From NCBI GenBank assembly GCA_934621505.1, contig CAKTUU010000003.1:18580-82579 (forward strand): 64,000 nt of DNA. The letters run 5' to 3'. A program made the translations under genes and the position numbers. This DNA comes from an uncultured Clostridia bacterium (lineage in GTDB: Bacteria; Bacillota; Clostridia; Christensenellales; Aristaeellaceae). Shown in pieces: positions 48,453 to 58,645 of this stretch (position 1 is its first letter; each line of letters begins with the position of its first letter). Under the pieces are notes generated by a model. That model was not told the origin of the DNA, did no database searches, and was given only the letters and a program-made list of their open reading frames with translations.

Positions 48453-48642
48453 GGCTGCCTCCTGTTTGTTTGAAATTTAACGAATCAATCTATTACAATT
48501 TAGGTATTATATCCCGTTTGAACGGGAATTGCAAGACGATTTTTTTTCGATTTATACCGTTTCTTTGCCCTTTACAAAGCGGTTTGGGCAAAGTTATACT
48601 ACAAAAGATATCTGAGGATTCTCAGAATGGAGGAAATTGCAT

Positions 48643-49290
48643 ATGACTACATTGGAATGGGTCCAGAAAAGCAAAATTATTGCCATTGTACGCGGGCTGA
48701 ACCCCGAATACATGCTGAAGCTGGCGGACGCCCTGTACGCAGGCGGCATCGACCTGATGGAGGTTACCTTTAACCAGCAGAAGCCCGAAACCTGGAAGGA
48801 TACGGCGGCGGCCATCAAGGCCATCGGCGACCATATGGCGGGCAAAATGCTGGCGGGCGCTGGCACCGTCATCACCGAGGAACAGCTGCAAATGGCCATC
48901 GACGCGGGCGCCAAGTACATCATTACCCCCAACACCAATCCGGACCTGATTCGCAAGGTCAAGGCGGCGGGCCTGTGCGCCTTCCCCGGCGCGCTTACCC
49001 CCAGCGAAATCGTCATCGCCCATCAGGCGGGCGCGGACGCGGTCAAGGTATTCCCCGCCGGAAACCTGGGGCCCGCTTACATCAAGGCCATCAAGGCCCC
49101 CCTGTCCAACATTCCCCTGATGGCCGTGGGCGGCGTGAATGAAAAGAACACCGCGGACTTCCTGAAGGCGGGTTGCTGCGGCGTAGGCGTGGGCGGCAAC
49201 CTGGTCAATAAAGACTGGATCGCCAACGGCGAATGGGACAAAATTACGGCTCTGGCAAAAGAATTCCGAAAGGCGGTAGAAGAACAATGA
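48643..49290 (+). CDS. eda: 2-dehydro-3-deoxy-phosphogluconate (KDPG) aldolase
   Basis: Start at MTTLEW with RBS GGAGG at 9-nt spacing, preferred over the upstream TTG at 48637. Family-typical motifs (KIIAIVRG, GGIDLMEVTFNQ, GAGTVITEEQ). Confidence 0.8.
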   Translation: MTTLEWVQKSKIIAIVRGLNPEYMLKLADALYAGGIDLMEVTFNQQKPETWKDTAAAIKAIGDHMAGKMLAGAGTVITEEQLQMAIDAGAKYIITPNTNPDLIRKVKAAGLCAFPGALTPSEIVIAHQAGADAVKVFPAGNLGPAYIKAIKAPLSNIPLMAVGGVNEKNTADFLKAGCCGVGVGGNLVNKDWIANGEWDKITALAKEFRKAVEEQ

Positions 49291-50309
49291 AAAAGGTAGT
49301 AACATTCGGTGAAATCATGATGCGGCTGAACCCGGAAGGCTACGGCCGGTTTGTACAGGCAAACACGTTTGAGGCCACCTACGCGGGCGGCGAGGCCAAC
49401 GTGGCGGTTTCTCTGGCCAATTACGGCGACGACGCCGCCTATGTGTCCAAGGTGCCCGCTCACGAAATCGGCCAGTGCGCCGTCAACGCCCTGCGTCAAT
49501 TTGGCGTGGATACCTCCCGCATGCTGCGGGGCGGCGATCGTCTGGGCATCTACTTCTGCGAAAAGGGCGCCAGCCAGCGCGGCAGCAAGGTCATTTACGA
49601 CCGCGCCAATTCCGCCATCGCCCTGGCCAAGCGGGAGGAGTTTGACTGGGATCAGTTGCTGGACGGCGTGGACTGGTTCCACTGGACCGGCATCACCCCG
49701 GCGCTGGGCGGCCAGCTGCCCGAAATTACCCTGGACGCGCTGAAAAAGTGCCGTGAAAAGGGCATTACCGTCAGCTGCGACCTGAACTACCGCGGCAAGC
49801 TGTGGACCCGGGAAAAGGCCGGCCAGGTCATGGGCCAGTTGGTTCCCTATGTGGACGTGCTGATTGCCAATGAGGAGGACGCCAAGGACGTGTTCGGCAT
49901 CGAGGCCGCCGACACCGATATTATGAGCGGCAAGCTGAACAAGGAAGGCTATGTCAGCGTTGCCAAGCAGCTGACCGACCGCTTTGGCTGCAAGGCCGTG
50001 GCCATCACCCTGCGCGGCTCCATCAGCGCCAGCGAAAACAACTGGGCCGGCATGCTGTACATGGATGGCAAGAGCTACCTGAGCAAGAACTACCTGATTA
50101 AGCTGGTGGACCGCGTAGGCGGCGGCGACAGCTTTGGCGGCGGCCTGATTCACGCCATGCGCAAGGGCATGGCGCCCCAGGACATCATCGAGTTTGCCGT
50201 GGCGGCCAGCTGCCTGAAGCAGACCATCGAGCATGACTTCAACCTGTGCAGTGAAAAGGAAGTTCTGGCCCTGATGGGCGGCAACGCCTCCGGCCGTGTG
50301 CAGAGGTAA
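49287..50309 (+). CDS. kdgK: 2-dehydro-3-deoxygluconokinase (PfkB family)
   Basis: Start MKKVVTFGEIMMRL overlaps the eda stop (ATGA). Family-typical KdgK N-terminus and GGGDSFGGGLIHAM anion-hole motif. Confidence 0.8.
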   Translation: MKKVVTFGEIMMRLNPEGYGRFVQANTFEATYAGGEANVAVSLANYGDDAAYVSKVPAHEIGQCAVNALRQFGVDTSRMLRGGDRLGIYFCEKGASQRGSKVIYDRANSAIALAKREEFDWDQLLDGVDWFHWTGITPALGGQLPEITLDALKKCREKGITVSCDLNYRGKLWTREKAGQVMGQLVPYVDVLIANEEDAKDVFGIEAADTDIMSGKLNKEGYVSVAKQLTDRFGCKAVAITLRGSISASENNWAGMLYMDGKSYLSKNYLIKLVDRVGGGDSFGGGLIHAMRKGMAPQDIIEFAVAASCLKQTIEHDFNLCSEKEVLALMGGNASGRVQR

Positions 50310-50315
50310 ACGTTT

Positions 50316-51095
50316 ATGAACATCTTCGTGTGCATCAAACAGGTTCCCTCCACCAACAAGGTGCAGGTGGACGAAAAAACCGGCGTTCTGAAACGGGACG
50401 GCATTCAAAGCAAAATGAACCCCTATGACCTGTACGCCCTGGAAACCGCGCTGCGCCTGAAGGTGCAGCACGGCGGCACGGTCACGGTGGGTACAATGGG
50501 TCCGCCCCAGGCGCAGGCCGTCGTCCGGGAAGCCTATATGATGGGCGCGGATGATGGATATGTGTTCAGCGACCGCCGGCTGGGCGGCGCTGACGTGCTG
50601 GCAACCAGCTATACCTTGTCCCAGGCCATTCAAAGCGTGGGCGACTTTGACCTGATCCTGTGCGGCAAACAGACCACAGACGGCGACACCGCACAGGTGG
50701 GTCCTTCCATTGCCGAGCATATGGGCATTCCCCACGCGGCGTGGGTCAGCAAAATTGATCTGGCGGGCGACGGCATCAACGTGGAGCAGCAGCTGCAGGA
50801 CGTGATTGAAACCGTGCATATGCCTTTTCCCTGTCTGGTAACGGTGGAGCAGGACATTTTTATGCCCCGTCTGCCCTCGCTGAAAACCGAGCGGGAAATC
50901 AGGGAAAAACCCATTCATATTCAGGGGCTGGACAGCTTTCTGGATACGGACGCCAACCACTACGGCCTGTCCGGCAGCGCCACCCAGGTGGAGCGTATTT
51001 TCCCGCCCCAAAACGATGTGGAGCGGGAAACCTGGACGGGCGACGGTTTGGCGAACCGGCTGTACGATACGCTGCGCAAGTGGAAATTTGTCTAA
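50316..51095 (+). CDS. etfB: electron transfer flavoprotein beta subunit
   Basis: N-terminal motif MNIFVCIKQVPST is typical of EtfB. 259 aa. Confidence 0.85.
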   Translation: MNIFVCIKQVPSTNKVQVDEKTGVLKRDGIQSKMNPYDLYALETALRLKVQHGGTVTVGTMGPPQAQAVVREAYMMGADDGYVFSDRRLGGADVLATSYTLSQAIQSVGDFDLILCGKQTTDGDTAQVGPSIAEHMGIPHAAWVSKIDLAGDGINVEQQLQDVIETVHMPFPCLVTVEQDIFMPRLPSLKTEREIREKPIHIQGLDSFLDTDANHYGLSGSATQVERIFPPQNDVERETWTGDGLANRLYDTLRKWKFV

Positions 51096-51110
51096 AAGGA
51101 GGCGGCAACC

Positions 51111-52298
51111 ATGGCACAAATCGCCATATTGGAACGCAAGTGCATAGGCTGCGGCCTCTGCGTGCAAAACTGTCCCTTTGGCGCGATTGAAATGAAGGAT
51201 GGCAAGCCGGAGATGAACGCCGCCTGCAAGGTTTGCGGGCTGTGCGTCAAAAACTGCCCGGAACAGGCCATTCTGAAACTGGAAACCAAAGTAGAATCCG
51301 TAGATAAACGTGTGTGGCGGGATATTCTGGTTTTTGCCGAGGTCAGCGACGGGCGGCTGCATCCCGTCAGCCTGGAGCTGATCGGCAAGGCCCTGGAAAT
51401 GGCCGCGCCCATTGGTTTTGAGGTGAACGCCGTGCTGGTGGGCAGCGGCGTTTCCGCCTGCGCGGAAGAACTGCGCCATTACGGCGTTCACGAAGTAGCC
51501 GTGTATGACGATCCCGCTCTGGGCTTTTTCCGGGCGGACGCATACGCCGCCTGCGTGGAGGACTACATTCGCCTGACCAAGCCCAGCGTGGTGCTGGTTG
51601 GCGCTACCTCTCTGGGACGCAGTCTCGCGCCCCGTCTGTCCACCCGTTTCCACACCGGCCTGACCGCCGACTGTACCCAGCTGGAGCTGCGGGAAAATAC
51701 GGATCTGGTGCAGATTCGTCCCGCCTTTGGCGGCAACATCATGGCCCAGATCATCACCACCCACACCCGGCCCCAGTTTGCCACCGTGCGTTATAAGGTG
51801 ATGAATCAGCCGGTTCGCCGCGAGGAAGCCTCCGGTGAAATTCTGCTCCGCAAGCTGCCCAAGGCCGCCGCGGCTTCTCCTGTCACCCATGTGTCCACCG
51901 TGCCTGTGCCTGCGGCCAAAAGCATTTCCGACGCGGATGTGCTGGTGGTGGGTGGACGCGGCCTGCAAAAGGAAGCGGATCTGGCGATGATTCAGGAACT
52001 GGCGGCGCTGCTGGGCGGCGACTGGGCGGTGTCCCGACCCCTGGTGGAAAAGGGCTGGGCGGCCAACGACCGCCAGATCGGCCTTTCCGGCCGCACGGTA
52101 CGGCCCAAGCTGATCATTACCTGCGGCGTCAGCGGCGCCATTCAGTTTGCCGCCTGTATGAACGCCAGCGACCACATTGTGGCCATCAACACCGATCCGG
52201 ACGCGCCCATTTTTAACGTGGCGCATGTGGCCATGGTGGGCGATCTGTACGACGTCCTGCCCAAGCTGATTGCGCAATTGAAGGAGGCGGGAAAATGA
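51111..52298 (+). CDS. etfA: electron transfer flavoprotein alpha subunit with N-terminal 2x[4Fe-4S] ferredoxin domain
   Basis: Two CxxCxxCxxxCP motifs in the first 60 residues, then EtfA domains. RBS AAAGGAGG. Confidence 0.85.
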   Translation: MAQIAILERKCIGCGLCVQNCPFGAIEMKDGKPEMNAACKVCGLCVKNCPEQAILKLETKVESVDKRVWRDILVFAEVSDGRLHPVSLELIGKALEMAAPIGFEVNAVLVGSGVSACAEELRHYGVHEVAVYDDPALGFFRADAYAACVEDYIRLTKPSVVLVGATSLGRSLAPRLSTRFHTGLTADCTQLELRENTDLVQIRPAFGGNIMAQIITTHTRPQFATVRYKVMNQPVRREEASGEILLRKLPKAAAASPVTHVSTVPVPAAKSISDADVLVVGGRGLQKEADLAMIQELAALLGGDWAVSRPLVEKGWAANDRQIGLSGRTVRPKLIITCGVSGAIQFAACMNASDHIVAINTDPDAPIFNVAHVAMVGDLYDVLPKLIAQLKEAGK

Positions 52299-53692
52299 AA
52301 CCCTTCAAAACGGTAGACCGTCAGGATCTTGCCTTCTTTGAAAGCGTTATGCCCGGCCGCGTATTCAGCGGCGAGGCGATTTCCAGCGACTATACCCATG
52401 ACGAAATGACCATTTACGGCCATTTCACCCCGGAGGCGGTTTTGCAGGCGCTGACGGCTCAGGAAATCAGCCGGGTGCTGGCTTACTGCAACCGGCAAAA
52501 CATCGCCGTTACCCCCCGCGGCGCGGGCACCGGCCTGTGCGGCGGCTGCGTGCCCATTGACGGCGGCATTGTACTGTCCACTGAAAAGATGAAAAAGGTC
52601 ATCGAAGTGGATCAAAAGAATATGACCGCCACAGTGGAGCCCGGCGTTCTGCTGATGGAATTCCCCAAAAGTCTGGAAGGAACGGGGCTGTTTTATCCCC
52701 CGGATCCCGGCGAAAAAACCGCTACCATGGGCGGCAACGCCATGACCAACGCAGGCGGCATGCGCGCCGTGCGTTACGGCGTTACCCGGGACTACATTCT
52801 GGGCATGGAGGTGGTGCTGCCCACTGGCGAGATTTTGCAGCTGGGCGGCAAAAACGTAAAAACCTCCAGCGGCTACAGCCTGATTGACCTGATGGTGGGC
52901 AGCGAGGGCACGTTGGCCTTTTTGACCCAGCTGACCGTCAAGCTGGTGCCGGAACCCAAGACCAATTTGTCCCTGCTGATTCCCTTTAACAGCCTGGACG
53001 CCTGCATCGAGGCCGTTCCCCAGGTGCTGGGCTGCGGCTGCGAGCCCACCGCCGTGGAATTTATGGAGCGGGAGGTCATCACCAGCGCGGAAACCTATCT
53101 GGGCAAGCAGTTCCCCGATACCAGCGCGGACGCGTACCTGCTGGTGCGGCTGGACGGCGCGAGCCCCGAAGCGCTGCGCCCCTCCATTGACACGCTGACG
53201 GATCTGGCGCTGCGCCTGGGCGCGGTGGACGTGCTGCTGGCGGATACGGACGAGCGCAAGGAAAGCATCTGGAATGCCCGCGGCGCTTTTTTGGAGGCCA
53301 TTAAGGGCAGCACCCTCAGCATGGACGAGTGCGACGTGGTTGTTCCCCGGGACCGCATCGCCGCCTTTGTGAAAAAGAGCGTGGAAATTGGCAGGGAACT
53401 GGGCGTGCGCATCTGTTCCTTTGGACACGCGGGGGATGGCAACCTGCACATTTATGTGTGTCAGGACGGTCTGGACGACCGCACCTGGCATACCACCGTG
53501 GAACAGGTAATGGAGCGGCTTTACGCCGAGGCCCGTCGTCTGAATGGCGCTGTCAGCGGCGAACACGGCATTGGTCACGCCAAGCGGGAATTTCTGCGGG
53601 AAAGTGTGGGCGATACCCAGCTGCGGCTGATGCGCGGCATCAAGGCGGCCTTTGATCCCAACGGCATTCTGAATCCCGGAAAAATCATTTGA
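52295..53692 (+). CDS. FAD-linked oxidase (GlcD / D-lactate dehydrogenase-like)
   Basis: 465 aa. FAD-binding PCMH domain (PRGAGTGLCGG). Overlaps the etfA stop. Confidence 0.85.
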   Translation: MKPFKTVDRQDLAFFESVMPGRVFSGEAISSDYTHDEMTIYGHFTPEAVLQALTAQEISRVLAYCNRQNIAVTPRGAGTGLCGGCVPIDGGIVLSTEKMKKVIEVDQKNMTATVEPGVLLMEFPKSLEGTGLFYPPDPGEKTATMGGNAMTNAGGMRAVRYGVTRDYILGMEVVLPTGEILQLGGKNVKTSSGYSLIDLMVGSEGTLAFLTQLTVKLVPEPKTNLSLLIPFNSLDACIEAVPQVLGCGCEPTAVEFMEREVITSAETYLGKQFPDTSADAYLLVRLDGASPEALRPSIDTLTDLALRLGAVDVLLADTDERKESIWNARGAFLEAIKGSTLSMDECDVVVPRDRIAAFVKKSVEIGRELGVRICSFGHAGDGNLHIYVCQDGLDDRTWHTTVEQVMERLYAEARRLNGAVSGEHGIGHAKREFLRESVGDTQLRLMRGIKAAFDPNGILNPGKII

Positions 53693-53700
53693 TTTGCGCA

Positions 53701-53734
53701 AAACCCTCGGAAGGAGCTTCTCCTTCCGAGGGTT
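53701..53734. terminator. bidirectional hairpin terminator
   Basis: aaaccctcggaaggag-cttc-tccttccgagggtt followed by tttctgtttg. Sits between convergent genes. Confidence 0.6.
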
Positions 53735-53748
53735 CGTTTCTGTTTGTC

Positions 53749-54909
53749 TTATTCCGCCAGCGTCTGGCCCCGACTGGGCCAGTGCAGCAGAATTTTTTCC
53801 AGTTCAAAGCCATAATCCCGTTTCAGCGCGTCCTGGGCCAGCACCAGCGGGACGGCGGACAGGGTTTGCCCTTCCCATACCAGCCGCGCCTCCCCCACCT
53901 GATCGCCTTCGGTCATGCCCGCCTCCAGACTGTCCGGCATATCCAGTTCCAAAACAGGCGTTGTCCCTTTGGGCACCGGGGCGCACAGTTTTCCGGCGGC
54001 GCATACATAAACCGTTTCCTGCCGTCCTTCATGCACCGGCAGCGCCCGCAGGGTTTCCCCCTGATCCAGCGCGGCAAACAGCTCGTAGCGGTCAAAGCCC
54101 ATGTCCATCAGCCGGGCGGCCTCGTCAAACCAGTCGCCGCAGTTCAGCACCACGCCGATCACTTCCATTCCATCCCGGCGTGCGCCAAATACCAGACACC
54201 GGCCCGCCGCCCGGGTAAAACCGGTTTTAATGCCGGTTGCTCCCTCATAGCTGGACAGCAGCCGGTTTTTGTTGTTCAAAATGCGCTGATAGCTGCGGCC
54301 CTCCCAGGGGATGGACGCGCGCCGGGTGCTGACGATCTCTCGAAACAGCGGATAGGTCATGGCCTGCCGGGCAATCAGGGCCAAATCGCGGGCCGTTGTG
54401 TGATGCCCCTGGGCGGGCAGCCCGTTGGGGTTGACAAACACCGTGTCCTGACAGCCCAGTTCCGCCGCCCGCCGGGTCATTTGCCGGCAAAAGGTATCCA
54501 CATCCCCGCCCAGATGCTCTGCAATGGCTACCGCGGCGTCGTTTCCGCTGGCCAGCATCAGCCCGTACAGCAGGTCCTTCATGGCAATCCGCTCGCCCAG
54601 GTTCAAATAGATGCTGGTGCCCGGTACGCCATAGGCGTTGCGCCCAACGGTTACCACATCGTCCAGCCGGCCGGATTCCAGCACCATCAGCGCCGTCATC
54701 ACCTTGGTGGTGGAGGCCATGGGCAGGGGTTCCTCCGCGTTATGGCACAGCAGCACCTTGCCTGTTTCCCGCTCTATCAGCACGGCGGCACGGGCGCTGC
54801 TGTCCACCTGCTCGCCCTCCTCGGCCCCGCAGGGGCGGGGAAGGGTCAGCAGGGCGCAAAACAGCAGCATCGCCAGGGCGCGCAGCTTTCCCATCAGGCG
54901 GCGTTTCAT
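53749..54909 (-). CDS. D-alanyl-D-alanine carboxypeptidase (S11 peptidase, PBP5/DacB-like)
   Basis: Signal peptide. SxxK motif (ASTTKVMT), SGN motif (ASGND), KTG motif (IKTGFT). Confidence 0.85.
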   Translation of the reverse strand: MKRRLMGKLRALAMLLFCALLTLPRPCGAEEGEQVDSSARAAVLIERETGKVLLCHNAEEPLPMASTTKVMTALMVLESGRLDDVVTVGRNAYGVPGTSIYLNLGERIAMKDLLYGLMLASGNDAAVAIAEHLGGDVDTFCRQMTRRAAELGCQDTVFVNPNGLPAQGHHTTARDLALIARQAMTYPLFREIVSTRRASIPWEGRSYQRILNNKNRLLSSYEGATGIKTGFTRAAGRCLVFGARRDGMEVIGVVLNCGDWFDEAARLMDMGFDRYELFAALDQGETLRALPVHEGRQETVYVCAAGKLCAPVPKGTTPVLELDMPDSLEAGMTEGDQVGEARLVWEGQTLSAVPLVLAQDALKRDYGFELEKILLHWPSRGQTLAE

Positions 54910-55319
54910 TGCAGATCCTCGTCAAAGGAAAGCTGCTTTTCCCCATTCTGGTTCAGGTTTTCCAAAAGCTGAGGCAGCAGCTCCACCATGCGTTCCATCG
55001 CGCCGCTGGTCTGGGCGGGCAACACCTTTACCGTGCCCTCCCCCACCACCAGAAAGCCCACCGGCTGCACCGACACACCGGCCCCAGTGCCTCCCGCAAA
55101 GGGGAATACGTCCGTAGGGACAGGGTGGTTTTTGCCATCCTCCACCGCGTATTCTCCGCCGCCCGCCACAAAGCCCAAACTGACCTTGGAAATGGGAATG
55201 ATGGTGGTGCCGTGGGTGCCGCTGACCGGCGCGCCCACCACCGTGTTTACATCCACCATGCTGCGAATGCTCTGCATGGTGGTTTGCATCATGTTGTCAA
55301 TGGGATGCTGCTGTTGCAT
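54906..55319 (-). CDS. ytfJ: sporulation protein YtfJ (GerW family)
   Basis: The ORF-track model (54906..55352) starts at the first Met. Start trimmed to the Met at 55319, which has an AGGAGG RBS. The conserved stretch [25 protein letters not shown] is typical of YtfJ. Confidence 0.75.
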   Translation of the reverse strand: MQQQHPIDNMMQTTMQSIRSMVDVNTVVGAPVSGTHGTTIIPISKVSLGFVAGGGEYAVEDGKNHPVPTDVFPFAGGTGAGVSVQPVGFLVVGEGTVKVLPAQTSGAMERMVELLPQLLENLNQNGEKQLSFDEDLQ

Positions 55320-55818
55320 AGCCGTCCTCCTTGCTTTTGACCCTTTTGGCATATTCCAGATACAGAATCATGCCCGCCATGGCTAGACTGCCCAGCCGGG
55401 TAAAAATCATACATTCCAAATACCCTTCCGGGGTCGTGCGCTGAAAATCCGGCTCCACACGGCCATGCAAAACGGTAAGCCCGCACAGGCGCAGGGTTTG
55501 CAGCGCCGTGCACAGGGCCCCGCAGGCCAGCGCCGTAGCCGCCGCATCCTTCGTGCCCAGTCTGAGGCGAATCACCGCCCGGCGTACCTTCAGCCCGGCG
55601 GCCTTTAGAATGGCCTTGCGCCTGCTCAAAAACGCCAGCAGCCAGTCCAGACTCTGGTCCTTTTTTTTACCCTTTGCCCGGGGCATGGGAATGGGCAGGC
55701 CGCCTATCCGTATTTTCAGATGAAAGGCAAACCCATCGTTCCATTCCAGCCGCGCCTGGGCCTCTGCCGGCGTAATGGCCAGCGCCATCAGCGCGAACAG
55801 CCAAAAATACGGGTTCAT
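55297..55818 (-). CDS. DUF2953-like sporulation-associated membrane protein (YtfI-like)
   Basis: 173 aa. Signal/TM N-terminus. Located upstream of ytfJ as in the Bacillus ytfI-ytfJ operon. RBS GGGGGAAG. Confidence 0.5.
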   Translation of the reverse strand: MNPYFWLFALMALAITPAEAQARLEWNDGFAFHLKIRIGGLPIPMPRAKGKKKDQSLDWLLAFLSRRKAILKAAGLKVRRAVIRLRLGTKDAAATALACGALCTALQTLRLCGLTVLHGRVEPDFQRTTPEGYLECMIFTRLGSLAMAGMILYLEYAKRVKSKEDGYATAASH

Positions 55819-55978
55819 TTTAGCTTCCCCCTTTTGCGCTGGTATGCCCGAAAAGGGGGCGATTCATGTAAAACTCGTAAAAATTTACGGTTTCTTCATT
55901 TTTCAGTTATACATTCTCCATGGGTATGGGGTATGCTTGATACCGTATCAAGAATTGTCAGCCAGGAGGCATTTTGAC

Positions 55979-57766
55979 ATGGGCAAGACCATCGGTATTG
56001 ATTTAGGCACCACCAATTCCTGCGTGGCTTTTATGGAAAACGGCGACCCCGTCGTCATCCCGAACGCGGAGGGCGGACGCACCACCCCGTCCGTGGTGGC
56101 TTTTACCAAGGACGGCGAACGTATTGTAGGCGCGGCGGCCAAGCGTCAGGCCGTTACCAATCCCGGGCGCACCATCTCCTCCATCAAACGGGAAATGGGC
56201 ACGGATAACCGGGTAACCATCGACGGCAAGAGCTATACACCTCAGGAAATCAGCGCCATTATCCTGCAAAAGTTGAAGCAGGACGCGGAAGCCTATCTGG
56301 GAGAGGCCGTCACCGACGCGGTGATTACGGTGCCCGCTTACTTCAGCGACGGCCAGCGGCAGGCCACCAAGGACGCGGGTAAAATCGCCGGGCTGAACGT
56401 GCTGCGCATCATCAACGAGCCAACCGCCGCCGCTTTGGCCTACGGCATGGATAAGAGCGGCGCGCAGAAAATTATGGTCTTTGACCTGGGCGGCGGCACC
56501 TTTGACGTATCCATTCTGGACATCAACGCCGACGTCATCGAGGTGCTGGCCACGGCGGGCAACAACCGTCTGGGCGGCGATGATTTTGACAACTGCGTGG
56601 CCAACTATCTGGTGGAGTGCTTCCAAAAGCAGGAGCACATCGACCTGACCCGGGACACCACCGCCATGAGCCGCATCCGGGAGGCTGCGGAGAAGGCCAA
56701 GATTGAACTGAGCTCCGCCACCAGCGCCAGCGTCAACCTGCCCTTCCTGTATTCCGATCATAACGGGGCCAGGCATTTGGAAATGACCCTGACACGGGCC
56801 AAGTTTGACGAACTGACCGCGCACCTGGTGGAAGCCACCATGGGCCCGGTGAAGCAGGCCATGGACGACGCCGGTCTGACCCCCAGCGACCTGAGCCGTG
56901 TGCTGCTGGTAGGCGGCTCCACCCGTATTCCCGCGGTGCAAAGCGCCGTCAAGCGCTTTACCGGCAAGGAGCCCAGCAAGGACATCAACCCGGATGAGTG
57001 CGTAGCCATGGGCGCGTGTTTGCAGGGCGGCGTGCTTAAGGGCGAGGTCAAGGGCCTGCTGCTGCTGGACGTAACGCCGCTGTCCCTGGGCATTGAAACC
57101 ATGGGCGATGTATTCAGCCGCATTATCGACCGCAACACCACCCTGCCGGTAAAGCGCAGTCAGGTGTTTACCACTGCGGCCAATTTCCAGACTAGCGTGG
57201 ACATTCACGTTTTGCAGGGTGAGCGGGAAATTGCCAGCTGCAACAAAACCCTGGGCAGGTTCCGCCTCAGCGGCATCCGCCGGGCGCTGCGGGGCGTGCC
57301 GCAGATTGAGGTCACCTTCTCCATCGACGCCAACGGCATTGTGAACGTATCCGCCAAGGATCTGGGCACCGGCAAATTCCAGGAAATTACCCTGACCCAA
57401 AGCTCCAACATGTCCTCCGCCGAGATTGACCAGGCCATCCGGGACGCGGAGCGCTACGCCGCCGAGGACTCCCTGCGCCGCAAGAGCGCCGAACTGCACA
57501 ACCACGCCGAGGAATTGCTGTATCAGGCCAAGAGCGCCCAGAAGAAGCTGAATCCCGAGGACAAGGAGCGCATTGAAGCCCTGCGGAAAAAGGTCAAATC
57601 CGCCCTGGACAGCAAGGACGATCAGGCGCTGAAAAACGCCACGGAGGAGCTGACCCAGGCGCTGCAGGCGGTAGGCCGCTTTGTGGACAACACGGCTTTC
57701 TCCGCCGAGGACGGGGCCATGGACGCGGACTTTACCTCCAGCGATAACAACAACAGCAGTCACTAA
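55979..57766 (+). CDS. Hsp70 family chaperone (DnaK paralog, 595 aa)
   Basis: The ORF-track model (55775..57766) has an N-terminal extension. Start trimmed to [18 protein letters not shown], which has RBS AGGAGG. Family-typical motifs [24 protein letters not shown]. No grpE or hrcA adjacent and no CIRCE element upstream. Confidence 0.9.
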   Translation: MGKTIGIDLGTTNSCVAFMENGDPVVIPNAEGGRTTPSVVAFTKDGERIVGAAAKRQAVTNPGRTISSIKREMGTDNRVTIDGKSYTPQEISAIILQKLKQDAEAYLGEAVTDAVITVPAYFSDGQRQATKDAGKIAGLNVLRIINEPTAAALAYGMDKSGAQKIMVFDLGGGTFDVSILDINADVIEVLATAGNNRLGGDDFDNCVANYLVECFQKQEHIDLTRDTTAMSRIREAAEKAKIELSSATSASVNLPFLYSDHNGARHLEMTLTRAKFDELTAHLVEATMGPVKQAMDDAGLTPSDLSRVLLVGGSTRIPAVQSAVKRFTGKEPSKDINPDECVAMGACLQGGVLKGEVKGLLLLDVTPLSLGIETMGDVFSRIIDRNTTLPVKRSQVFTTAANFQTSVDIHVLQGEREIASCNKTLGRFRLSGIRRALRGVPQIEVTFSIDANGIVNVSAKDLGTGKFQEITLTQSSNMSSAEIDQAIRDAERYAAEDSLRRKSAELHNHAEELLYQAKSAQKKLNPEDKERIEALRKKVKSALDSKDDQALKNATEELTQALQAVGRFVDNTAFSAEDGAMDADFTSSDNNNSSH

Positions 57767-57778
57767 GGAGGCCGGGCC

Positions 57779-58645
57779 TTGTTTGGTTATGTCACCATTG
57801 CCGCTGGCAGCCTGACGCAGGAGCAGCAGGACCGCTACCGGGCCGCCTACTGCGGCTTGTGTCACGAACTGGGGGCCAGGTACGGCTCGGTTGGGCGGCT
57901 GACCCTCAGCTTTGACAGCACGTTTCTGTATCTGCTGCTCAGCTCCCTGTACGAGCCGGATGAGCAGCGGGGCACGGCCCGCTGCCTGCCTCACCCGTTC
58001 AAGCCCCATCCTTGGGTGCGCAATTCGCTGGCCGCCTACTGCTGCGATATGAACATCGCCCTGGCCTACCACAAATGCCTGGACGACTGGCAGGACGACC
58101 ACAGCCTGACCGGCAGGGCGGAAGCCGCGCTGCTGCGTAAGGATTACGAACGCATTGCCGCCTTTTACCCGGAAAAATGCCAGACGCTGGAAAGCTGTCT
58201 TAAACAAATTGCCGTTCTGGAAAAGTCGGATTCTCCTTCGCTGGACCGGCTGGCCAACCTGACCGGTCAGATGCTGGGGACGCTGTACCGCTATCAGGAC
58301 GACATGTGGGCGGATACCCTTCAGCAGGTGGGCGAGGGGCTGGGACGTTTCATCTACCTGATGGACGCTTACGACGACCTGGACCGGGACCAACGGCGCA
58401 AGCGGTTTAACCCCCTGCTGCCCTACCGGGATCAGCCGGATTACGAAAGCTTTGTAAAGGAAAGCCTGACCCTGCTGATTGCCGAATGCACCAACGCGTT
58501 TGAAACATTACCCCTGGTAAAAGATATGGACATTTTGCGCAATATCCTGTATGCTGGTTGCTGGTCCCGCTACGAGCAGAAACGCATCCGGCGGGAGCGT
58601 AAGCAAGGCGTGCCGGAACGCACGCATAAGGAGGACGGGGTATGA
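57779..58645 (+). CDS. hypothetical protein co-operonic with Hsp70 and a J-protein (possibly DUF5685-like)
   Basis: TTG start 7 nt after RBS AAGGAGG. 288 aa, soluble. Overlaps the downstream J-protein gene start. Confidence 0.5.
   Translation: MFGYVTIAAGSLTQEQQDRYRAAYCGLCHELGARYGSVGRLTLSFDSTFLYLLLSSLYEPDEQRGTARCLPHPFKPHPWVRNSLAAYCCDMNIALAYHKCLDDWQDDHSLTGRAEAALLRKDYERIAAFYPEKCQTLESCLKQIAVLEKSDSPSLDRLANLTGQMLGTLYRYQDDMWADTLQQVGEGLGRFIYLMDAYDDLDRDQRRKRFNPLLPYRDQPDYESFVKESLTLLIAECTNAFETLPLVKDMDILRNILYAGCWSRYEQKRIRRERKQGVPERTHKEDGV

Noticed and set aside
55819-55978. Looked for a CIRCE element (TTAGCACTC-N9-GAGTGCTAA) upstream of the Hsp70 gene.
   Set aside because: Not present. Only an unrelated imperfect palindrome cttgatac-cg-tatcaag was found, consistent with this Hsp70 being a non-heat-shock paralog.
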